Positions 52,076 through 60,613 of a DNA stretch of 64,000 nucleotides are shown one piece after another. Location of the stretch: assembly GCA_052055015.1 (NCBI GenBank), contig JBQJIT010000017.1, one strand, 5' to 3'. Position numbers and translations under genes: made by a program. Below the pieces are notes generated by a model. It did not search any database. It was not told the DNA's origin and worked only from the letters and a program-made list of their open reading frames with translations. The first letter of the stretch is position 1. Each line of letters begins with the position of its first letter. This stretch comes from Malassezia furfur. Taxonomy: Eukaryota.

Positions 52076-53389
52076 TTAGGGGTACGGCGCAAAGCGCTTC
52101 TTGGGGCCGGTGGACCGTGCACGGCCAGTCGACGCACCGGCGCCCGGCACGTCTGCGGAAGAGGATGGCGCCATGGCACCGGGCGGCGGAACAGCTTGCT
52201 GTGGGACGCTACCGTCGAGCGCCCATGCCAGAATGCAGCCGTCCTCGCCACCAGTGTAAAGACGCTGCGTACCGGCGTCCCACGCGACGCTGCGTACAAT
52301 GTCGCTGTGCGCTGTTGCGCATGTCTGCGCACTGGGCAGTCGGGCATGCATGGACCACTCGGTATGCATTCCCGCAGCATCCACGTCAAAGCTTAGGAGC
52401 GCCGCGCCACCATCTTGGTCGCCGGTCATAAGGGGCACACGCACGCCGTTGGCGGGCGGGAGCATCGGCAGTAAGGTGCCCGCATCCACGACGTAGTCAC
52501 TCACCCATGGTGGTGCATAGCTCGTAGGTGTACGTACAGGCACCTCTGCAACAATTGGATCGAGCTTGTCCGCGTCCCACACCCCGAGTGTCTGCATGTT
52601 GCTCACCGCATAGATGGGGCCGAGGTGCGTGCGCCGCGGATCGTTGCTGAGCACCGTGTCCTTTTCGTCCATGCCAACATCGGTCGCCTCGGTGCGCGGC
52701 GTGTACGCATACGTGCCGTGTTGTGCAAAACCGACGCGGGCGAGGCTGCTGTCCGTATTCCCGACCGAGATCACCGCATCTTCCTCGGCGGCGATAGTCG
52801 TGTCGATGGCGCTGACAAGCCCATCCATCCCGCCACTGAGCAGCACGCCCGGGTGACGGGGGGTATCCGGATGGAAGGTGAGCGTCATAATGTCGTCCGA
52901 ATGCACCTCGCTGTAGGTACAAACGGGCGCAGACGGATTCCGCAGATCCCACAGATCAATCACAGCGTCGGCGCCCTTGAGCTCTGTGCCTGCGGCAACC
53001 AGCGGTCCGGTCGCTGCGAGTGACAGGTACGGCGCGCCGCTGGGGCCTACGAGGCGCGTTGCATCGGCGTGCGCGGAGCGCGCGTCCCAGAGCGCGACGT
53101 ACCCACCGAGCGACGAGCCTGCCCATGCCGTGGACGCGAAGTCGACGTTGGTAATGCCCGTGATGTTTTGGTCGGCCGGCACGCTGATCGTGCGGACGGG
53201 CGCATTGAATCGGCCCTTGTCAAAGAGGAACAGCGCCGGTGTGTCACACACAGCCAGAAGGTGTGCGGGCGACACGCTGGGCATGAGCAGGTGCGTAAAG
53301 TATGGCTTGCGTGCATCGCTGCTCGCAAAGCGGTCGAGCGGGCGGGCAGGCGTGACGCACCCGTCGACGGCGCGCAGCGTGTCAGTCAT
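52076..53389 (-). CDS. WDR89/YNL035C-like WD40 protein
   Basis: AAGTEL..IDLWDLR..YSEVHSDDIMTLTFHP..LLSGGMDGLV, AHSDIVRSV..LYTGGEDG, C-terminal KKRFAPYP. Confidence 0.8.
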   Translation of the reverse strand: MTDTLRAVDGCVTPARPLDRFASSDARKPYFTHLLMPSVSPAHLLAVCDTPALFLFDKGRFNAPVRTISVPADQNITGITNVDFASTAWAGSSLGGYVALWDARSAHADATRLVGPSGAPYLSLAATGPLVAAGTELKGADAVIDLWDLRNPSAPVCTYSEVHSDDIMTLTFHPDTPRHPGVLLSGGMDGLVSAIDTTIAAEEDAVISVGNTDSSLARVGFAQHGTYAYTPRTEATDVGMDEKDTVLSNDPRRTHLGPIYAVSNMQTLGVWDADKLDPIVAEVPVRTPTSYAPPWVSDYVVDAGTLLPMLPPANGVRVPLMTGDQDGGAALLSFDVDAAGMHTEWSMHARLPSAQTCATAHSDIVRSVAWDAGTQRLYTGGEDGCILAWALDGSVPQQAVPPPGAMAPSSSADVPGAGASTGRARSTGPKKRFAPYP

Positions 53390-53457
53390 CGGCGCACCGA
53401 AAAAAAAAGCGCGGCGTCGTCGGCAGGTGGAGGCCCTCCCCCGGCTTCCCCGGAACC

Positions 53458-54283
53458 ATGCTCGGTACGTGCCTGAAGCTAATGAAGTGATTGGATTGAC
53501 AGGTGGCATTGCGTCGGGCAAGTCGACGGCTTCGCGGCTGCTACGTACTCACAAGATCCCCGTAGTGGATTTGGACGAGATTGCCGTCGAGGTCGTCAAG
53601 CCCGGCACGCCGACGCTGCGCCGGCTGGTCGAGACGTTTGGCACCGACATCCTCAACGAAGACAAGTCGCTGAACCGCGGTGAGCTCGGCCGCCGTGCGT
53701 TCGGCGACAAGGAAAAGACGAAACTACTGAACAAGATCACGCATGGCGCAATCCGCCGCGTGATGCTCTTCCGCCTGATCAAGCTCTGGCTGACGGGCGC
53801 ACGGTGTGCCGTGGTGGACACGCCGCTGTTGATCGAGGCGGGATTGTACAAGTGGTGTGCGCTAACCGTGCTGGTGTGGTGGTACGTGTGTCATGGGGCT
53901 AACGCAGTACGGAAGAACAGCAACTGGAGCGCATGCTCAAGCGCGACGGCCCCACCAAGGGCCTGACCGAGGCCGATGCGCGCGCACGCCTCGCGTCGCA
54001 GCTGCCGCTCTCGGAGAAGCTGCGGTACGCGGACAAGGTGATCGACAACTCGACTCACTACGGGGACGGCTCGACGCCGCTGCGTGAGGAGGTCGAGGCG
54101 CTCGTCGCCAACCTGCGCTACGACCAGCACTCCGTGCCGAGCACCCTTGCATGGTTGCTCAACTGGCTGCTGCCGCCCGTCGGCCTGCTGTGGGGCCTAC
54201 TGGCTGCGCTGCTGCACGCCCGGCGCATCCAGCTGCATCACAACCAGCAGCTGTTGGCCGAGGGGAAGAAGAAAGACGAGTAG
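53458..54283 (+). CDS. CAB5: Dephospho-CoA kinase (2 introns)
   Basis: ML|VIGLTGGIASGKST, VVDTPLLIE, QLERMLKRD..ARLASQLPL..VIDN. Confidence 0.93.
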
Positions 54284-55921
54284 CTATGTAGTGGGATTAT
54301 TTGCGCCCTTGGTCGTGCTGGGCGCCTTGACGCGCGTCGGGGGGATGGGCATGGAGCCGGGGAACGGCACGCGCAGGTTCCAGTTGCGCTCGAGGTGCAG
54401 TTGGATGTCCTTGACCTCGAGGCGGTCACCCTTGCGGTGCTTGGCCAGGCGACACCCGAACGACGTCACGCTTTCGATAAACTCGTCGGCAATCTCGAGC
54501 AGCAGGTCCTCGACATCGCCCTCGAGCTGCTCGTTTGGGTCAATCTCACTGACCAGCTCCTGCACTTTGCGCTTCGTCAGCAGCCGGTTGTTGCCGCTCG
54601 CCGCACCGAGCCCAAACTGCGCCGCGGGGCCCGGACCCAGCACATCACCCAAGTTCGCGGCAAACCCGTCGCTGTCCAGGCTCAGATTCAGGCTCTCGTC
54701 TACCGCCGCACTGTCGCCCGCGCCGATGCCCAGCAGGTCCTCCCAGTGCTGACCGCCGCGGGGGGTATGTAGCGACTTGCCGTTGCGGCCCACCGGGTTC
54801 GGGCGGACCAGCACGGGCGGCGTCCCAGTCACCGGTGGCGTGCCGAGGCCCTGCGTCAAGGTCGGGTGCGGGCCGTGCGCGTTAGGGTACGGCTGCGGCG
54901 TCGAGGTATGTTGGGCGATCAGGTTCGCAAGCGCACCCGTCGACGATTGGGGCGTGCCGCCGCCCGTGGGCAGCAGCGACGAGGGCTGCGCAATGCCGGT
55001 AAGCGGAGTGCTTGACGACGCGCCACCCTGTGCATGCGAGCGCAGCGCCCCGGCCGTCTTCGACGAGGGCGTCTCAGGTGCCGCCTTGTTGCCGCCCGCG
55101 TCGGCGGCGAGCTTACCGGCGGCCTTGGCCGTGGATTGCGGCGTGCTTGGCGCATTGCTCGGCGTGCTTGGCCCCGGCGTGTGAGCCGCTTTGCCGCCCG
55201 ACGGCTGCGCCTGCATCGGCGGCGCCTGCGGCTGCGGCGCAGGCTGCGGCGCCTGAGGCTGCGGCGCCTGCTGCGCCTGCGACGGTTGTTGCTGTTGCTG
55301 CTGCTGTTGCTGCTGTTGCTGCTGCTGCTGCTTGTGCTGCTGGAGCAGCATCTGGTACTGCTGCTGGTCCTTGGCCCGCGCCTGCTCGCGAGCCAGAGCG
55401 ACCTGACGCGCCAGGCTCATTTGCTTCGTCTTTAACTCATTGTACAGGTTCTGCTGCTGTTGCTTCTCCTGCGCGGAGAGATTGGGGTTCCGCAGTGACG
55501 CCTCGAGGTGCGAGATGTTGAGCATGAGCGGCGACATGACCTTGTTGAACTGCTCCATCAACATCGCCTCGTGCTGCGGCATCTGCGCTTGCGGCACGGC
55601 GTTCTGCATCGGCTTCGGCTGCGCGGCAAACGAGCCCTGCTGTGCCGATCCCGCGGCGTCAGGGAACGTCTGGGGCATTGGGCGCTGCTGCACGTTTGGC
55701 TGGGTGGCCGCGCGCTGTTGCGACCCGAGGATCGCGCGGATCTGCTGCAGCTGCTCGGGGCTCACTTTGCCCTCGCGCGCCGCATTGACGATCGCCGTGA
55801 GCCCCTCTGGGTTGTTCGCAAGCAGCGGCTGCAGGCCCTGCATTGCGCTCGCGGGCAGGCCACCGCGGCCTGCCATGTTGGGCGGCACGCCGCCATTGCC
55901 TCCGGGGCCGTTGGAGCCCAT
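54284..55921 (-). CDS. TAF12: TFIID/SAGA subunit 12, Q-rich N-terminus and C-terminal histone fold
   Basis: RLLTKRKVQELVSEIDP..LLLEIADEFIESVTSFGCRLAKHRKGDRLEVKDIQLHLERNWNLRVP. Confidence 0.92.
   Translation of the reverse strand: MGSNGPGGNGGVPPNMAGRGGLPASAMQGLQPLLANNPEGLTAIVNAAREGKVSPEQLQQIRAILGSQQRAATQPNVQQRPMPQTFPDAAGSAQQGSFAAQPKPMQNAVPQAQMPQHEAMLMEQFNKVMSPLMLNISHLEASLRNPNLSAQEKQQQQNLYNELKTKQMSLARQVALAREQARAKDQQQYQMLLQQHKQQQQQQQQQQQQQQQPSQAQQAPQPQAPQPAPQPQAPPMQAQPSGGKAAHTPGPSTPSNAPSTPQSTAKAAGKLAADAGGNKAAPETPSSKTAGALRSHAQGGASSSTPLTGIAQPSSLLPTGGGTPQSSTGALANLIAQHTSTPQPYPNAHGPHPTLTQGLGTPPVTGTPPVLVRPNPVGRNGKSLHTPRGGQHWEDLLGIGAGDSAAVDESLNLSLDSDGFAANLGDVLGPGPAAQFGLGAASGNNRLLTKRKVQELVSEIDPNEQLEGDVEDLLLEIADEFIESVTSFGCRLAKHRKGDRLEVKDIQLHLERNWNLRVPFPGSMPIPPTRVKAPSTTKGANNPTT
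55284..55340 (-). repeat. CAG/CAA microsatellite encoding polyQ in TAF12
   Basis: (tgc/tgt)n run on the + strand. Confidence 0.9.
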
Positions 55922-55942
55922 CGTGGTCGTGGCAATGAAAAG

Positions 55943-55950
55943 CACGTGAC
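55943..55950. promoter_or_regulatory. CACGTGAC E-box in the 56-bp TAF12/MTQ2 divergent promoter
   Basis: Motif seen directly in the intergenic spacer. Confidence 0.6.
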
Positions 55951-55977
55951 ACCCGCGTCGCGTCGCGCACGGCCAGC

Positions 55978-56672
55978 ATGCTGCCGACGCCGGACATCGC
56001 GCATGTGCGCCGCACGTACGGCGACGAGGTGTACGATCCGGCGGAGGACACATTTGCGCTCATGGATGCACTGGAGCAGGATGCACCGGGGCTTCAGAAC
56101 ACGTCGCTGTGCGTCGAAATCGGCAGTGGCAGTGGGTGCGTGTCGACGTTCGTAGCGCAGCTCGTGGGACCGCACGCCGCGTACGTGTGCACCGATATCA
56201 ACCCGGCAGCTACGCTGTGCACACGCGAGACGGCGGAGCGCAACCATGTGGCGCTTGACGTTGTACGTGCGTCGACTCTCGACGGCCTGCGGCTTACAGG
56301 GCTCGTAGATCTGTTGCTGTTCAATCCACCGTACGTCGTCACCAGCGACGAGGAAGAGGCCGCGGCGCAGGCGCATGCAGCTCTTGCCGGCGCGTGGGCA
56401 GGCGGCACGTACGGAACTGCGCTGCTCCAGCGCATGATCGACGATGGCGTCTTTGAGGTACGTCGTCCTCAGCTCTCACGCAGCGCACTTTGCGATCTGG
56501 CGGACGCCTGTATGTGGTGACGATCAAGCAAAACGACCCAGAGGAGCTCGTGCGCCAGCTCGCCGCGCACGGCTTTGATGCCGACGTACGTACACTGCTC
56601 CTTACCCAGATCGTGCTGCGCCGCCGCGCAAATCGTGAATGGCTACATATCCTACGTGCAATCAAGTCTTAA
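55978..56672 (+). CDS. MTQ2: HemK-family eRF1 glutamine methyltransferase (N6AMT1), 2 introns
   Basis: MLPTP..EVYDPAEDTFALMDALE, EIGSGSG, LLFNPPYV, WAGG. Confidence 0.92.
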
Positions 56673-58648
56673 GCCATGCGCCACAGCTTCGCACACACAT
56701 CTGCTGTCGCATCCGTCTCCTCCGTCGGGAACGCGTAGTGCCGCAGCCGCTTGCGCGTCTCGCGGCGCACCGCCTGCTCGGCCGTCGCCGACTTCGTCGG
56801 CAGCATCGCAGGTACCTGCAGCGTGACGTCCAGCGGCTCGGTCGCCGGCGGCGCGCGCGGCTTCGCGCGCTCCTTGTGCTGCAACGTCTTACGCGCCTCG
56901 GTGTCAAAGAGCGTGCCGTAGGTCGTGTCGAGGAACTCCTCGAGGTTGTATTTTTGTTGCGTAAAAGGCTCCGCGAGAATGCTCGCAAACGTCGTCACCG
57001 AGCCGAGATAGTGCGTATCGCCGCCGGCCTCCAGCGCGCGCTGCTGCTGGTTCTGGCTAAGACGGTACGCGCCAAACGCCGCAATCTCCCACAGTGAGCT
57101 CTCAAGTGCACCCGTGTGCAGCGGATTGGGCTCTTGCGCGTCAAACGGATCCTCGACACCGGTCGGACCGAGCGCCAGGTGATCGCCATCCCATTCGCGG
57201 TGGATCATCGGCATGCAGCTGGGGTGCCGGCGCAGCAAATTCCACACAAACGGCACAATCTCGACAATCGCTGCGGGCGTCGCACGCAGCGACAGCCGGC
57301 TCAGCCGCTTCAGGAAGGACGCAACGATGGCGACGGGCAGGTGTGTCGAGCTCAGGAATGTGTCGAGCATGCGCATGAAGCGCGAGCGGTATTTGGTATG
57401 CATCACCGATGCATCCAGCAGGCCATAAAGCCGCGTGTAGAACGCGGGGTAGTCGAGGTTGTGCGACACAATCAGCGTAAACAGGCCGTTGAGCGCCAGC
57501 AGCGCCGTCGTTCCGCGCGCGTCCAAGCAGTCCACGAGGAAATCGTGTAACATCGTCGGTTTGGGCAAGTGCGGCAGGATCTGGGTGTGCAGGCGCACCA
57601 GGATATCATGCGTCTCGGCAAGCGAGAGCGAGCCGCCATGGACGACCAGCGTACCGGACGCGTCGGTATGCGATGCAGGGAGCAGCAGACTCAGCCATGC
57701 GCCAGCGAATGCCTGGCGCTGCGCCGCAAGACCGTGCATCGACTCACGTAGCGTCTTGGTGCGCCGCGCACGGCGGCCCCGGCCGGCCGGCACCTCGGCT
57801 ACCTCGTCGTCGTCGCTGTCGGACGCCTGAGCGAGCACCTCCTTCATGTCCTCGTCCTCGTCACTCCCCGCACCGTCCTCGCCAAATTTGGGCTTCTTTT
57901 GTGTCTTGCTCTTCTTCTTGGGCGGGGCTTTGGCGAGGTGCGGTACCAAAAAGTTGTTTAAGTGGTCGTCTTGCGTTGGGATTGCCGTGATCCGCACCAG
58001 CCACGTACGTGCGCGCGAACGGATATGCGCATGACGTGCAGATGCATCAGGGATCGCACGCAGGACGCGGATGAGTTCCCGACAAAACTCAAAGCGCACG
58101 TCGTCATAGATTTCGAGATACGACTCGGCGAACGCATCAACAACGTCGTCGGCCACCTCGCGGAAGAGCAGCGTGCGAACGAGCAGCCGGAACGGCGTAA
58201 TAGACCACTTCCCAGCATCGCAGGCCAGGGCCTCGGACGCGGCCACCTGGAGCGACATGGTGACCTCGAGTGCGGCAAGGCGCACCGACGATACCGGTGA
58301 CACCAGCAACGTCTCGAGCACAAACTGTACGTACGCATTCCACTGCTCCTTCATCCAGCGCGCGACCTGCGCGCGCGGTTCATCGCTTGCCTCACCAAGC
58401 ATAAGCAGGCCGACGTCCGTGACGTGTGCTACGTCTAGCGCACCAGACGCACACAACGCCACGAGACTCTGCGACAAGACGCGTACGGCGAGGGTCAGCG
58501 CCTTGAGATTGTCCTTGTCTTGTGTCTTCAATAGCTCACCATGAAGTTTCCGAGCAAGCTCCAAAAGCTCGACGATCGGATTCAGGTCCGTGGACGCGGC
58601 GAGCTGCCCCTGGATCGCCTTGACGCGCTCCAACGGTGCCGCTCCCAT
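56669..58648 (-). CDS. NOC4: Nucleolar complex protein 4 (CBF/Mak21 domain)
   Basis: YDDVRF, LLALNGLFTLIVSHNLDYPAFYTRLYGLL, FLSSTHLPVAIVASFLKRLSRL, ALESSLWEI, YNLEEFLDTTY. Confidence 0.93.
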   Translation of the reverse strand: MGAAPLERVKAIQGQLAASTDLNPIVELLELARKLHGELLKTQDKDNLKALTLAVRVLSQSLVALCASGALDVAHVTDVGLLMLGEASDEPRAQVARWMKEQWNAYVQFVLETLLVSPVSSVRLAALEVTMSLQVAASEALACDAGKWSITPFRLLVRTLLFREVADDVVDAFAESYLEIYDDVRFEFCRELIRVLRAIPDASARHAHIRSRARTWLVRITAIPTQDDHLNNFLVPHLAKAPPKKKSKTQKKPKFGEDGAGSDEDEDMKEVLAQASDSDDDEVAEVPAGRGRRARRTKTLRESMHGLAAQRQAFAGAWLSLLLPASHTDASGTLVVHGGSLSLAETHDILVRLHTQILPHLPKPTMLHDFLVDCLDARGTTALLALNGLFTLIVSHNLDYPAFYTRLYGLLDASVMHTKYRSRFMRMLDTFLSSTHLPVAIVASFLKRLSRLSLRATPAAIVEIVPFVWNLLRRHPSCMPMIHREWDGDHLALGPTGVEDPFDAQEPNPLHTGALESSLWEIAAFGAYRLSQNQQQRALEAGGDTHYLGSVTTFASILAEPFTQQKYNLEEFLDTTYGTLFDTEARKTLQHKERAKPRAPPATEPLDVTLQVPAMLPTKSATAEQAVRRETRKRLRHYAFPTEETDATADVCAKLWRMA

Positions 58649-58705
58649 CGTGGCTGAGAAAAAAAGAGCCGCCTCCACTCCCATCTTCTTGTCGCCCTCC
58701 ACACA

Positions 58706-60613
58706 ATGCACTGGCGCACCGTAGTGTGGGGTGCGCTCGTGCTCGCGTATGCTGCAGCGCGCGCGACGCTGCCAGATGCGCAATTATCCCATGAGGGTAT
58801 CTATATCAACTTGCCGGCAACATCTTCGCTCAGGATATATATGGAACCTGCCGAACTCGAATTGGAAAATGCAACTGTATCAATTAGTGCGCTGCGCACG
58901 CGCTCCGCCGACCAGGTCGAACTGTGCAAGCAGGGCCAACTACGCTCGATTGAGGCGTGCAGTGCAACCGATCTCTTTACAACACATGAATTCACACCTG
59001 TGTTCACCATACAACACGAGGATCTGCAGCCTGATCAGGGCGTGTCTTTATCCCACCTATGGGCATCGGCCAACGGCAGCCTAGCGGCGCTCGTACATCC
59101 TGAACCCCATGGGGTCTTACGCAGCGTGATAATAAAACTGCGTACGAACAGCCGACACGGAGTACGTACTCGCTTTTGGTGGCTTGGCAACCTGGTCCCC
59201 GAGCGCGGCCTGTGGCCGATCGCCGCGTCCGATGTTGCATCGCGCGACGGGCAGCCAGTCAATGGCAGTGCTTTGGATATCCCCTGGGACGGGCGTGCCG
59301 TGCGGATAAGTGGTACGATGCAAGACCCATTTCTACCTCGCTCGCGCCAGCGGGCGTACATGCGAGACAGCTCGTGGGCCCGCGGTGTGACCATACGCAC
59401 GCGCACGGGCGGAGACCCTGTCCCGCTCTACTCGCCTACGAATGGTACTGTGGTGTGGAGCGCACCCTACGTGCATGTGCGTCCGCCCCACACAGGTGCT
59501 CATGCGGGCGAGAACAACGAGGAGGACTGGTGCGTGATGATCCAGGATGCCTGGGGCACCGTCTTCCAGCTGTTTGGCCTCCAGCGCGGACACGCAACAG
59601 TACGAGTGGGCGAGCGGGTGCGGGCTGGCCAAAACATTGGCATTGCACATCAAACGCAGCTTAGCCAGATGCCGCCCAGCACCGAAGCGCCCGCTGACCC
59701 GCCCAAATCCTACGAAATTCAACGGTTTTTGCCATACCCCTATCGTTTCCGCCGGCTCGAGGTGCGCGTCGGGCGCACATCATGTATCCGCCCCGGTGAC
59801 GCATGTTTTGCGCCAGACGCACCGTGGGATTACTACCCCCCGCAGTTTGTGCTCCGCAAACGCGATGAGCCGTCGGCGATCCCGCCGATGGTCGAGCCCC
59901 ACCGCATCTACTTTGCGCCGGCGGCCGCCTCGCCACTCGACCACGTCCCTCTTGCGGCGCCGAAAAGTGCCCTGGCGCACCCATTGCCCTTGTCTGGGCG
60001 TGTGGATGTACTGAGTACGCTGGTGTCGTTTGAGTCGACGCCCGGACACCTTGACGATGCGATGGACCCTCTAGCCTTGTATGCCCTTGAATGGGCCGTC
60101 GTCCCGCAAAGTGCGCAGCCAGTGTGCGAGCAAACCAATGTGTATTGGCGAAAGTCCTTTGAGCACAACCGCCTGCCGAATCCAAACAACGCCAACCTCG
60201 ACGATCCCGCGTTCCTCCAGGCGCACTACGTCCCCACGGTGGTGGTTGCCAGCGTCGCCGGACACGCCTTCCGTGCGCAGATCAAGAGCCAATTTGACGA
60301 AAAGGAGCGTGCCCTGGTCTACGCGCTGAGCCGGACACGGGGCGGTAGGCCACACATTGAGGGGGCCTGGGACATTACGCGCGAGCCAACGCGCGGTGTG
60401 CACCAAGTGGCCATCCGTGCATGGGACATGAGCGGAAATGCAGTGTGCACGGAAACCACCGTTCTCCTCACCGACGTCGTGACACCGCGCCCCAACTTAT
60501 GGCAGAGCCGCGAGTGGCACACGGCGGTGCTCGACTCGGCGCTACTTGGGCTGCCGCAGGCGGCAGCGACGCTATTGATGGGCGTAGCGCAGTTGCTTTG
60601 GGTCCTTTTGTAG
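58706..60613 (+). CDS. Intronless secreted, C-terminally anchored protein with a degenerate M23/LytM-like domain and an Ig-like module
   Basis: Signal peptide; LWPI...ISGTM...RGVTI..PVPLYSPTNGTVV...VMIQDAWG..FGL..VRVGERVRAGQNIG...RLEVRV; WDITRE..GVHQVAIRAWDMSGN; hydrophobic C-terminus. Confidence 0.6.
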   Translation: MHWRTVVWGALVLAYAAARATLPDAQLSHEGIYINLPATSSLRIYMEPAELELENATVSISALRTRSADQVELCKQGQLRSIEACSATDLFTTHEFTPVFTIQHEDLQPDQGVSLSHLWASANGSLAALVHPEPHGVLRSVIIKLRTNSRHGVRTRFWWLGNLVPERGLWPIAASDVASRDGQPVNGSALDIPWDGRAVRISGTMQDPFLPRSRQRAYMRDSSWARGVTIRTRTGGDPVPLYSPTNGTVVWSAPYVHVRPPHTGAHAGENNEEDWCVMIQDAWGTVFQLFGLQRGHATVRVGERVRAGQNIGIAHQTQLSQMPPSTEAPADPPKSYEIQRFLPYPYRFRRLEVRVGRTSCIRPGDACFAPDAPWDYYPPQFVLRKRDEPSAIPPMVEPHRIYFAPAAASPLDHVPLAAPKSALAHPLPLSGRVDVLSTLVSFESTPGHLDDAMDPLALYALEWAVVPQSAQPVCEQTNVYWRKSFEHNRLPNPNNANLDDPAFLQAHYVPTVVVASVAGHAFRAQIKSQFDEKERALVYALSRTRGGRPHIEGAWDITREPTRGVHQVAIRAWDMSGNAVCTETTVLLTDVVTPRPNLWQSREWHTAVLDSALLGLPQAAATLLMGVAQLLWVLL

